A DNA stretch of 64,000 nucleotides from Eubacteriales bacterium. Lineage in GTDB: Bacteria > Bacillota > Clostridia > Lachnospirales > Lachnospiraceae. The translations under genes were made by a program, and so were the position numbers. The notes under the pieces were generated by a model that searched no databases, was not told where the DNA came from, and saw nothing but the letters and a program-made list of their open reading frames with translations. Shown piece by piece: positions 30,311-38,536 of this stretch; position 1 is the first letter of the stretch; each line of letters begins with the position of its first letter. Where the stretch lies: assembly GCA_030540255.1 (NCBI GenBank), contig JAUNWP010000002.1, forward strand, positions 1,535 through 65,534, given 5' to 3'.

Positions 30311-31186
30311 TTACTTGCTTATCTCTATAAATCCTCTGAGATTGCCTCGTTTTTCTCCCATTTTTCTGTGTGAGAAGAACAGATCATCCCTTTCAAATGT
30401 ACATAGTCCGGATACTGTGATATTCTCACGTCTCACTCCCACATTTGTCAGCACACGCACATTGACCGCTTTCTGATTAAGCAGAAATTTTCCGTTTTCC
30501 AGCGGCCTTAACATAGCTCCCGTGCCGTTAACTTCACTGAAGGAGGTAAGGCTTCCGTATCTGGATATAAACATTGCAGCAACGTCTGCACCTATCTCAT
30601 AACAATTGCCGCATATACAAGGTCCTATGGCTGCTATTATATCCTGCGGATCTGTACTGAACTCCGCACGCATTGCATTTACAGTATTAGCTGCTATCCT
30701 GCCGAGAGTTCCCTTCCAGCCGGAATGAACCATTCCTATCGCCCTTCTTACAGGATCCACAAGGAAAATCGGCGTGCAGTCTGCATGTGAGGTCGTAAGC
30801 ATAAGTCCCGGATCGTCTGTTATCAGTGCATCAACATCAGGATACAATCTCTCCCTTGTTACTCCGCAGCCTGCATCCTGTCTCGTTACTCTCATTACAT
30901 CTGCGGTATGAGTCTGATAAGCCGAAACCATATTGTCGGGTGTCTCTCCGAAAAACTTTGCAACACGGCGAAAGTTCTCATCAACATCTTCCTTAACGTC
31001 GCCCCTGGTAAATGACAGATTAAGGCTTTCGTAACAGCCCTTGCTCACGCCTCCGCTCCTGAGTGCAAATCCATGCTTAATAAATCCCAAATCGTCAAAC
31101 ACCGAATAAGTTACACACGAAATTCCTTCGCGGGTAGTGATCTTCTCGTCCCCGCGATTATATATATTATCTCTATCCATAAACAA
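30311..31186 (-). CDS. pgeF: YfiH/PgeF (DUF152, laccase-domain) family protein
   Basis: 291 aa with the blocks QTHT..V, TADC.PI, HSGWKGT and CT......FFSHR characteristic of the YfiH family. Confidence 0.85.
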   Translation of the reverse strand: MFMDRDNIYNRGDEKITTREGISCVTYSVFDDLGFIKHGFALRSGGVSKGCYESLNLSFTRGDVKEDVDENFRRVAKFFGETPDNMVSAYQTHTADVMRVTRQDAGCGVTRERLYPDVDALITDDPGLMLTTSHADCTPIFLVDPVRRAIGMVHSGWKGTLGRIAANTVNAMRAEFSTDPQDIIAAIGPCICGNCYEIGADVAAMFISRYGSLTSFSEVNGTGAMLRPLENGKFLLNQKAVNVRVLTNVGVRRENITVSGLCTFERDDLFFSHRKMGEKRGNLRGFIEISK

Positions 31187-31191
31187 ACTGC

Positions 31192-32382
31192 TTAGATCTT
31201 TTCCTCAAAAAACTTCTGTATCTCTTTTCGTTCTGCCTTAACAAAACCCTGAGCAAAACTTTGGCTTCCTCCGCCCTTGCCGTTAAGCGTGGTATTGAGC
31301 AGCTTCACCCAAGCTCTTATATCCTTATCCTTTGCAGCGAATGAGTATCTGTAATCTCTGTTGCTTCCTCCAAAGACTGCAACATATCCTCCGCATATAT
31401 CCGCAAGCATTGCACAGAGCGCTCTGATACCGTTTGGTGACAATACTTCATTAAAAATAAGTACATTATCCTTACCGGCATACTGCTTTGCAAGCTCAGC
31501 CGCATAGAGCTTCTCCAGCTCTCCGCTCCTATAGTTTGCTTCGCTGAGCTCGGCTCTCTGCTTCATGTAGACATCATAGGTCTTGTCCACACTTGTTGCC
31601 ATAGCTTTGGCAATGGCTGCATTTCTATCATGGCTCATGCTAAGGAAATCAAAGGCTCTCTTGCCGCAGAGAAGCTCGATACGAGTGCCCTTGCTGAAGC
31701 TTACGGCGGAAAGGAATTTGACAAGTCCTACCTCTCCGCTTCTTGCAAGATGCGTACCGCAGCAGGCACAGATATCCGCTCCCGGAAATGAAGTTATCCG
31801 CACATCTCCCGTCAGCTCCTTCTTGCTGCGATATTCTATGTTCTTAAGCTCATCAGCCTTATACCAGTGTTCTGCAAACTCATGATCCTCACGGATATAC
31901 GCATTTGCCCTATCCTCAACAGACTTAAGTTCTTCAAGACTGATGTCCGCATTATAATCTATTGTAACTATGTCCTTGCCCATATGGAAGCCGACATTGT
32001 CACAATGAAAGGTCTCGCAGATCATCCCGCTTACTATATGTTCTCCGGAATGCTGCTGCATATGGTCGAGACGTCTGTCCCAGTCTATTACACCATGGAT
32101 CTTTGTTCCCGGTTCTACAGACTTACTACAGTAATGAAATATCTCGCCTTCGCGCTCATGAACATCAAAAACATCTATAGGCTCGGATACTTTCGTATCC
32201 GAGCCGCATGAATCATCTTTAGTAAACAGCTTACCCTTATCGGCAGGCTGTCCACCTCCCTCAGGATAAAAGGCTGTACGATCAAGGCTGATCAGGTAAC
32301 TGTCCTTATCCTCCGTACAAGCTGTTACCTCGGCATCAAATTCTTTCATATATGCCGATCTATAATATAATCTATCTGTCAT
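31192..32382 (-). CDS. alanyl-tRNA editing protein (AlaX-L-like: threonyl/alanyl tRNA synthetase second additional domain plus C-terminal DHHA1-like region)
   Basis: 396 aa. N-terminal FYPEGGGQP.D and the zinc-binding motifs HSGEH and CCGTH of the AlaRS editing domain. Confidence 0.8.
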   Translation of the reverse strand: MTDRLYYRSAYMKEFDAEVTACTEDKDSYLISLDRTAFYPEGGGQPADKGKLFTKDDSCGSDTKVSEPIDVFDVHEREGEIFHYCSKSVEPGTKIHGVIDWDRRLDHMQQHSGEHIVSGMICETFHCDNVGFHMGKDIVTIDYNADISLEELKSVEDRANAYIREDHEFAEHWYKADELKNIEYRSKKELTGDVRITSFPGADICACCGTHLARSGEVGLVKFLSAVSFSKGTRIELLCGKRAFDFLSMSHDRNAAIAKAMATSVDKTYDVYMKQRAELSEANYRSGELEKLYAAELAKQYAGKDNVLIFNEVLSPNGIRALCAMLADICGGYVAVFGGSNRDYRYSFAAKDKDIRAWVKLLNTTLNGKGGGSQSFAQGFVKAERKEIQKFFEEKI

Positions 32383-32383
32383 A

Positions 32384-33208
32384 TCACATACGTGTTAATA
32401 TCGCTCTTAAAAGCTTTGAAAAGCTCTCGGCTGTCATTGCAGCCGTACGTGCAACCTCTCCCTCGGAGAGACTGCAGCCTGTTACACCTGCGGCCATATT
32501 TGTCATAAGTGCAAGTCCGATAGACTTCATTCCCGCATGTGCGGCAACTGTCATCTCCGGTACAGTACTCATACCCACAGCATCGGCACCGAGTATGCGT
32601 GCTGCTCTTACCTCCGCAGGAGTCTCATAGGAAGGTCCCGGGAAGTACATATATACACCGTCTCTTAGAGTCACTCCGATCTTGTCTGCCTCTTCATGAG
32701 CCATGCTTCTGTATTCCTTGCTGTAGACATCTGTCATATCGTTAAATCTCGGACCAAACTCCGGTATATTGGCTCCGTTTAGAGGTCCGAATCCGAACAA
32801 TCTGATATGGTCATTTATAAGCATGATGTCGCCGACCTTCCATTCGGTGTTGACACAGCCTGCGGCATTTGTAACAACGACCTTATCGGCACCCACAAGT
32901 CTCATGACCCTTATCGGATATGAAACATCCTGCATGGAATACCCCTCATAGCAGTGAAGCCTTCCCTGCATAACCGCAACCTTCTTGCCGCAAAGCATTC
33001 CGCAGACGAATCTGCCTATATGCTCCGGTGCTGTGGATGTCTTAAAATGAGGTATCTCACCATATGGGATGTATATTGGCTGCTCGACTTCATCTCCGAG
33101 GAAGCCGAGTCCCGATCCGAGTATGATGAGTATCTCCGGTTTAAAAGGTCCTAATTTTGATGTGATGTAGTCTGCGCTTTCTTTGTACTGGATGTATTCG
33201 TATGACAT
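32384..33208 (-). CDS. purine nucleoside phosphorylase (PNP-I / PunA type)
   Basis: 274 aa with the blocks ILGSGLG, GR.H.YEG, GPRF and MSTVPE typical of trimeric PNP. AAGGAG RBS upstream. Confidence 0.85.
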   Translation of the reverse strand: MSYEYIQYKESADYITSKLGPFKPEILIILGSGLGFLGDEVEQPIYIPYGEIPHFKTSTAPEHIGRFVCGMLCGKKVAVMQGRLHCYEGYSMQDVSYPIRVMRLVGADKVVVTNAAGCVNTEWKVGDIMLINDHIRLFGFGPLNGANIPEFGPRFNDMTDVYSKEYRSMAHEEADKIGVTLRDGVYMYFPGPSYETPAEVRAARILGADAVGMSTVPEMTVAAHAGMKSIGLALMTNMAAGVTGCSLSEGEVARTAAMTAESFSKLLRAILTRM

Positions 33209-33237
33209 GGTGAACTCCTTTCAAAAAAGGGGATGAC

Positions 33238-33414
33238 GCTTCGCATTTCTCGATGTACGTGCTTCGCACTTTTACTCTTCGTGCTTACGAGCAGTGCACA
33301 TCTCAAAATGCTTCGCATTTCTCGATGTACGTGCTTCGCACTTTTGCTCTCCTTGCTTACGAGCAGTGCACATCTCAAAATGCTTCGCATTTCTCGATGT
33401 ACGTGCTTCGCACT
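33238..33414. repeat. 72-bp tandem repeat, about 2.5 copies
   Basis: Units 33238..33309 and 33310..33381 match at 69/72 positions. A third partial copy, 33382..33414, is identical over 33 nt. Each unit contains the hairpin AAATGC-TTC-GCATTT. Confidence 0.9.
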
Positions 33415-33439
33415 ATAAAATCCTCACGATATAATTCAA
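33412..33439 (-). promoter_or_regulatory. candidate promoter of the PNP-to-GTPase gene run
   Basis: Minus strand reads TTGAAT, a 16-nt spacer, then TATAGT, at the distal edge of the tandem repeat. This would place the repeats in a 5' leader of roughly 200 nt. Confidence 0.35.
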
Positions 33440-33463
33440 TCCGCAAGCGGTTGAATTATATCG
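33427..33463. other. long near-perfect hairpin / inverted repeat
   Basis: CGATATAATTCAA-T-CCGC-AA-GCGG-TTGAATTATATCG: 13 bp plus 4 bp of stem with one bulge. No clear T-tract on either strand. Confidence 0.6.
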
Positions 33464-33509
33464 CTCGTATTTTGCACTGCTCTGCTTCACTCATTGTACA
33501 ATGTTTTAT

Positions 33510-33539
33510 AAAAAAAATCGAGCGCTATAAGCGCCCGAT
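33510..33539 (-). terminator. intrinsic terminator of bcd-etfB-etfA
   Basis: On the minus strand, ATCGGGCGC-TTAT-AGCGCTCGAT forms a stem followed by TTTTTTTT, about 30 nt after the etfA stop. Confidence 0.7.
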
Positions 33540-33571
33540 TTCTTAAGTATATATAAGTATTATGGATTATA

Positions 33572-34708
33572 TTACTTTGCTGCCTTGATTGCCTTGATTG
33601 AATCAATAAGCATCGGAACTACCTTGAAGAGGTCTCCTACGATACCGTAGTCAGCGATCTCGAACATCGGAGCCGATGGGTTAGTGTTAACAGCGATAAT
33701 GCACTCTGAATCCTGCATACCTGCCTTATGCTGAATAGCACCTGAAATACCAAGAGCGATATATACCTTAGGATGTACAGTCTTACCTGTCTGTCCAACC
33801 TGGTGATCAGCTGAAAGCCAACCTGAGTCGATAGCTACACGAGAACCACCGAGAACTCCGCCGAGCTCGTCAGCAAGCTGCTGTCCGAGTGCAACACCGC
33901 CCTCAACGTCCTTAGCGATACCACGACCTACAGATACGATGTAATCAGCACCGATAAGGTCAACAAGCTTCTTAGCTGCCTTCTCAACTGCAAGTACTTC
34001 TGTCTCGAAATCAGCCTCTGTGAGTGAGAACTCAGGTCTGATGATCTCTGCAGCGTCTGCCTTAGCCTGATCGAACGGAGCCTTTCTCATAACGCCCGGA
34101 CGAACTGTTGCCATTGCAGGACGGAAACGTGGGCAGATGATTGTAGCCATAAGGTGTCCGCCGAATGCAGGACGAGTCATCTTAAGGTCATGTGAAACAT
34201 CATGCTTCTCACCCATAACCATAGCTGAGCTTGTTCCCTCAATTCTCTCAGGAGCAAGTGTTGAAGCCTCCTTGAGGAAGTCCTGATATACAGGAACACT
34301 TACATCGAGGTGTGTGCAGTCTGCGCAAAGACCTGTGTGAAGTCTGGCTGCACAACGAGGACCTAAGTCACGTCCGATATATGTAGCACCGAAGAGAACA
34401 ACCTCAGGCTTTCTCTCCTTGATTACATCAACGATAACCTTGGTGTAACCGTCTGTTGTATAGTTCTTGAGAAGCGGGCTCTCGCAAAGCACAACGCCGT
34501 CAGCGCCGTATCCAGCGATCTCCTTGCACTTATCAGAAACATTGTCTCCAAGAAGAAGGGCATAAAGCTTGCAACCAAGCTCGTCTGCAAGTCTGCGTCC
34601 CTCTGAGATCAACTCAAAGCTTGTCGGCTGAACAACGCCCTGACGCTGCTCACAGAAAACCCATACATCCTTGAAAGCAGAAATATCCGCACTATTGTAA
34701 TTGTCCAT
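33572..34708 (-). CDS. etfA: electron transfer flavoprotein alpha subunit
   Basis: 378 aa. The C-terminal FAD-binding blocks (VSVGRG, GSR..IDSGW, QVGQTGK.V.P.VYIA.GISGAIQH) are typical of EtfA. A central segment appears longer than in the EtfA proteins I recall. Confidence 0.9.
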   Translation of the reverse strand: MDNYNSADISAFKDVWVFCEQRQGVVQPTSFELISEGRRLADELGCKLYALLLGDNVSDKCKEIAGYGADGVVLCESPLLKNYTTDGYTKVIVDVIKERKPEVVLFGATYIGRDLGPRCAARLHTGLCADCTHLDVSVPVYQDFLKEASTLAPERIEGTSSAMVMGEKHDVSHDLKMTRPAFGGHLMATIICPRFRPAMATVRPGVMRKAPFDQAKADAAEIIRPEFSLTEADFETEVLAVEKAAKKLVDLIGADYIVSVGRGIAKDVEGGVALGQQLADELGGVLGGSRVAIDSGWLSADHQVGQTGKTVHPKVYIALGISGAIQHKAGMQDSECIIAVNTNPSAPMFEIADYGIVGDLFKVVPMLIDSIKAIKAAK

Positions 34709-34726
34709 TATTCAATCTCCTTTCAA

Positions 34727-35527
34727 TCAGATGACATGCTTTTTCTCAAGAATTCCGGCGAGCTCGTCAGCAGTCTTCTTGTCAGCACCCTCAAGAATAA
34801 CACCAGCACCCTTGAGCGGCGGTGTGAATGATACAAGAATGTTTGTCGGAGATCCCTGAAGACCGATCGTGTTAGGATCGATAAGCGGCTCATCCTTAAG
34901 TGTGTTGTAATCATATACATCAACCGGCTTCTCATATGCTGTGAAGATTCCGAATGTGCTCATGTAACGAGGCTCGTTGAGCTCCTTGATGCAAGTGATA
35001 AGGCAAGGTGTCTTCATCTTGATGTTCATGAAGCCATCCTCGAGCATACGCTTAACGATAACGCTGTTGCCCTCAACCTTGATGTCTCCTGCATATGTGA
35101 TCTGAGGAAGGTTAAGCTTCTCTGCGATCTGCGGTCCAACCTGAGCTGTATCTCCGTCGATAGCCTGACGTCCGCACATAACGATGTCATCGTCATTAAG
35201 TCCCATGTGATGGATACCTGCAGCGATGATCTGTGATGTAGCGAATGTATCTGATCCACCGAACTCACGTGCTGAGATAAGAACTCCGCGGTCAGCTCCC
35301 ATAGCAAGGATCTCACGAAGCATCTTCTCTGCCGGCGGCGGTCCCATTGTTACTACTACAACTTCACAGCCTGTCTCGTCCTTAAGCTTAAGAGCTGCCT
35401 CTACTGCATTAAGGTCATCCGGGTTGATGATTGTAAGCATGGAAGCACGGTCAAGAGTTCCGTCCGGCTTAACTGCAACCTTTCCTGATGTATCAGGTAC
35501 CTGTTTTACGCAAACGATAACTTTCAT
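34727..35527 (-). CDS. etfB: electron transfer flavoprotein beta subunit
   Basis: 266 aa. Starts MKVIVCVKQVPDT and continues with EtfB-family blocks. Confidence 0.9.
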   Translation of the reverse strand: MKVIVCVKQVPDTSGKVAVKPDGTLDRASMLTIINPDDLNAVEAALKLKDETGCEVVVVTMGPPPAEKMLREILAMGADRGVLISAREFGGSDTFATSQIIAAGIHHMGLNDDDIVMCGRQAIDGDTAQVGPQIAEKLNLPQITYAGDIKVEGNSVIVKRMLEDGFMNIKMKTPCLITCIKELNEPRYMSTFGIFTAYEKPVDVYDYNTLKDEPLIDPNTIGLQGSPTNILVSFTPPLKGAGVILEGADKKTADELAGILEKKHVI

Positions 35528-35543
35528 CTATCTATATCCTCCA

Positions 35544-36698
35544 TTACTTCTTCTTAAGATTCATGCCACCTGAGATAACGATCTTCATAACCTCAGATGT
35601 ACCCTCGTAGATCTCTGTGATCTTAGCATCACGCATCATACGCTCAACAGGGTACTCACGGCAATATCCGTATCCACCGAAGAGCTGTACAGCCTCACGA
35701 GTAACCTCATTTGCAACGTCAGAAGCAAAGAGCTTAGCCATAGCTGCAAGTGATGAGAACGGCTCATGTGCATCCTCAGCTGCTGCTGCTCTCCAAGTCA
35801 TAAGACGAGCTGCATCAACCTTTGTCTGCATCTCAGCAAGCTTGAACTGTGTGTTCTGAAATGCTGCGATCGGTCTGCCAAACTGCTCACGAACCTTACA
35901 ATACTCAATAGCCTCGTTGATAGCACCCTGTGCAAGACCAACTGACTGAGCTGCGATACCGATACGTCCGCAGTCAAGAGCCTGCATGGCGATCTTGAAT
36001 CCCTTACCGATCTGTCCGAGAACTCTGTCCTTAGAAACGCGAACGTCATCATAAGTAACGATACAGTTCTGTGCAGCGCGGATACCCATACGCTTGATGT
36101 TCTCCTGAACATCAACACCTGGGGTGTTCTTAAGATCAACGATGAATGCTGTAAGTCCCTTAGAAACCGGAACAGTCTTATCTGTAATTGCGAATACTAT
36201 GCAAGTATCAGCAAATGCTGAGTTTGTTGTAAAGATCTTAGAACCGTTGATGATCCAATCATCACCATCCTGAACAGCAACAGTCTGAGCTCCCTGAACG
36301 TCTGAACCTGCGTTAGGCTCTGTAAGACCGAAGCATCCGAACTGTGATCCGTCAACAAGCGGACGAAGGAATCTCTGCTTCTGCTCCTCTGTACCTGCCA
36401 TGTTGATGCATGAGCAGCAAAGTGAAGTATGAACTGAGATTGTTATACCACAGGAACCGTCCTGCTTAGAAACCTCTTCCATGCAGAGAGCATATGTAAT
36501 TGTGTCTCCGCCGGCTCCGCCGTACTCCTTTGAGTATGGGATACCGAAGAAGCCGTATCTCTGCATCTTGCCGAGAAGCTCCATGTTAATCTCTTCGGTC
36601 TCATCCATTTCGTGAGCCAGAGGCTTGATTTCATTTTCAGCAAATTTGCGGAACAACTCCTGTGCAAGCTGCTGCTCTTTGGTAAGTTTAAAATCCAT
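35544..36698 (-). CDS. acyl-CoA dehydrogenase (butyryl-CoA dehydrogenase-like)
   Basis: ORF 35544..36710. Preferred start is the ATG at 36698 (MDFKLTKEQQ), with a GGAGG RBS 6 nt upstream. Contains the ACAD blocks GLTEPNAGSD and QLFGGYGY and a C-terminal EIYEGTSE. Confidence 0.9.
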   Translation of the reverse strand: MDFKLTKEQQLAQELFRKFAENEIKPLAHEMDETEEINMELLGKMQRYGFFGIPYSKEYGGAGGDTITYALCMEEVSKQDGSCGITISVHTSLCCSCINMAGTEEQKQRFLRPLVDGSQFGCFGLTEPNAGSDVQGAQTVAVQDGDDWIINGSKIFTTNSAFADTCIVFAITDKTVPVSKGLTAFIVDLKNTPGVDVQENIKRMGIRAAQNCIVTYDDVRVSKDRVLGQIGKGFKIAMQALDCGRIGIAAQSVGLAQGAINEAIEYCKVREQFGRPIAAFQNTQFKLAEMQTKVDAARLMTWRAAAAEDAHEPFSSLAAMAKLFASDVANEVTREAVQLFGGYGYCREYPVERMMRDAKITEIYEGTSEVMKIVISGGMNLKKK

Positions 36699-36770
36699 AA
36701 ATACCTCCAAAATTAATGCTTTTTTGACAAAAAAAATTCATCAAAAAAAATCACATTGTTTTCTATTCGT

Positions 36771-36799
36771 ATAATAGTCATGAACACAACTTTTGTCAA
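36771..36799 (-). promoter_or_regulatory. candidate sigma-A promoter of bcd-etfBA
   Basis: Minus strand reads TTGACA, a 17-nt spacer, then TATTAT, about 70 nt upstream of the bcd start. Confidence 0.55.
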
Positions 36800-36969
36800 T
36801 TGTTTTGCATGCAAAATAAATTGTAAAAAGCACGAATTTGTATCGTAAAAACTGTTGTATTTTGCCAATATATTAATGTTTTGAATACCGCTTATTCAGC
36901 AAAAGTTTATATTCCTTCAGATTAATAATATAAATCAGACATAAAGGCAATAATAGTTTATATTTTCAC

Positions 36970-36998
36970 TTGACATAAACGCATTATGGTGCTATAAA
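36970..36998 (+). promoter_or_regulatory. candidate promoter of the OCD-family gene
   Basis: TTGACA, a 17-nt spacer, then TATAAA preceded by TGc (extended -10). Confidence 0.55.
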
Positions 36999-37096
36999 AA
37001 TACAAAACGTGACAAAGGGGTCGCAGATGTTTATTCATCGTGCGGCTTTTTTTGCGTATATATGGTTTTTAAGTTATTATTTTAGAGGTCAAATCA

Positions 37097-38227
37097 ATGG
37101 GAAAGCATACTGATTTTCTGTACCTGTCAGAGCCGGAAGTTATAGAAGCCGGTGTATATGACGCTAAGTTTTGTGTCGACAATGCCGAAGAGGTTTTCAA
37201 GCTTATTGCCAAGGGTGACTATGTCATGGGTGGTCCTAACCACAACAGCCACGGCATATATGTAACCTTCCCTAAGGAGCCTGAGTTCGAGAACATGCCT
37301 AAGGATGGTCCGGATCGTCGTTTTGTTGCTATGCCGGCTTATCTCGGCGGTCGATTTGACATGGCAGGCTGCAAGTGGTATGGTTCTAATGCCGGTAATA
37401 AGGATCACGGTCTTCCGAGAAGTATCCTTATGACTATGCTTAACGATAAGGAGACCGGTGAGCCTATATGTCATCTCAGCGGTAACCTTATTTCGGCAGC
37501 ACGTACAGGTGCCGTTCCAGGTGTAGGTGTTCGTCATCTTGCCCGCAAGGATTCCGAAGTACTTACACTTATAGGCTGTGGTGCTATCGGTAAGTCTTCT
37601 CTCCAGAACATCATCGGAGAGATGCCTAATATCAAGAAGGTTATATGCCATAACCATTCAGAGGCTCGTGCAATCGCACTTGCAGAGTACTGCACCAAGA
37701 CCTACGGTGTAGAGGCTGTAGTCGAGAACGATCTTGAGACAGCAACACGTCAGGCAGATGTTCTTAATGTCGCTGCTTCACGTACAGTACCGCTTATCTT
37801 TAAGCATGAGTGGATCAAGCCGGGATGCACTATCCTTGCTTCGGGTCCTCTTAACGGAGACGAGGAGTTCTGGATGCAGATGAAGGTCATCTGGGATAAC
37901 CACAAGCTTCACGAGGCTTATGTTGAGGACGCTATCATCTCCGGTGATAAGGAAGCATTCTATAAGACAGTAATCGGTGGTCCTGTATTCCACCTTATCG
38001 ATGAAGGCAAGAAGCCTGCACTCGACGCTCCGGAAACAGTTAATATCGGTGATGTAATAAACGGTACAAAGGTAGGCCGTGAGAGTGATGATCAGATCAT
38101 CTGCTTTATCGCGAGCGGTCAGGTCATATTCGATATTGCACTCGCACATGACCTCTATCAGAATGCGCTTAAGAAGGGACTCGGAACAAAGCTCCTTCTC
38201 TGGGACAGCCCGGCTCAGGCAGACTGA
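37097..38227 (+). CDS. ornithine cyclodeaminase / mu-crystallin family protein
   Basis: 376 aa. The segment ISAARTGAVPGVGVRHLARKDSEVLTLIGCGAIGKS matches the family's ARTAA... block followed by the GxGxxG Rossmann motif. Substrate unknown. Confidence 0.72.
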   Translation: MGKHTDFLYLSEPEVIEAGVYDAKFCVDNAEEVFKLIAKGDYVMGGPNHNSHGIYVTFPKEPEFENMPKDGPDRRFVAMPAYLGGRFDMAGCKWYGSNAGNKDHGLPRSILMTMLNDKETGEPICHLSGNLISAARTGAVPGVGVRHLARKDSEVLTLIGCGAIGKSSLQNIIGEMPNIKKVICHNHSEARAIALAEYCTKTYGVEAVVENDLETATRQADVLNVAASRTVPLIFKHEWIKPGCTILASGPLNGDEEFWMQMKVIWDNHKLHEAYVEDAIISGDKEAFYKTVIGGPVFHLIDEGKKPALDAPETVNIGDVINGTKVGRESDDQIICFIASGQVIFDIALAHDLYQNALKKGLGTKLLLWDSPAQAD

Positions 38228-38331
38228 TAAGTATTCGGGTATTAATTACGGTAAACTGCGGTAACCCCCGCATCAATCATAGTTTACAACTCCTAAATCT
38301 ATTTTTCGTTTTTGCAAATGCAAAAACAGCA

Positions 38332-38368
38332 ACGGCACTGCACTCTCCAAGCAGTGCCGTTTGCATTT
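38332..38368 (+). terminator. intrinsic terminator of the OCD-family gene
   Basis: 10-bp stem ACGGCACTGC/GCAGTGCCGT with a 9-nt loop, followed by TTGCATTT. Confidence 0.6.
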
Positions 38369-38390
38369 ACATCAAAAAATGATGAAAGAC

Positions 38391-38438
38391 AAAAAGAAGC
38401 ACTTATGTAAGCTTGCTTACAGATCAGTGCTTCTTTTT
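38391..38438. terminator. bidirectional terminator-like hairpin between convergent genes
   Basis: AAAAAGAAGCACT...AGTGCTTCTTTTT: a 10-bp outer stem and a 7-bp inner stem, flanked by an A-run and a T-run. Confidence 0.55.
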
Positions 38439-38536
38439 GGATTGTAGCCGGCATTCTATGAATGCCGGTGCACGGCAATCCGCTTGCGGATATGTCGTGC
38501 ATCATTTTTGATGTATTAATGCTTTTAGCAAAACGA

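Noticed and set aside
33238-33414. Tandem repeat as a CRISPR array
   Set aside because: The units are contiguous with no unique spacers. The unit is 72 bp with only about 2.5 copies. No cas genes are present in the window.
33151-33546. ORFs 33151..33390 (-), 33233..33418 (+) and 33253..33546 (+), which have internally repeated peptides
   Set aside because: They are translations of the 72-bp tandem repeat on both strands. They lack an RBS, overlap the PNP start, and their periodicity simply mirrors the DNA repeat. I treat them as non-coding.
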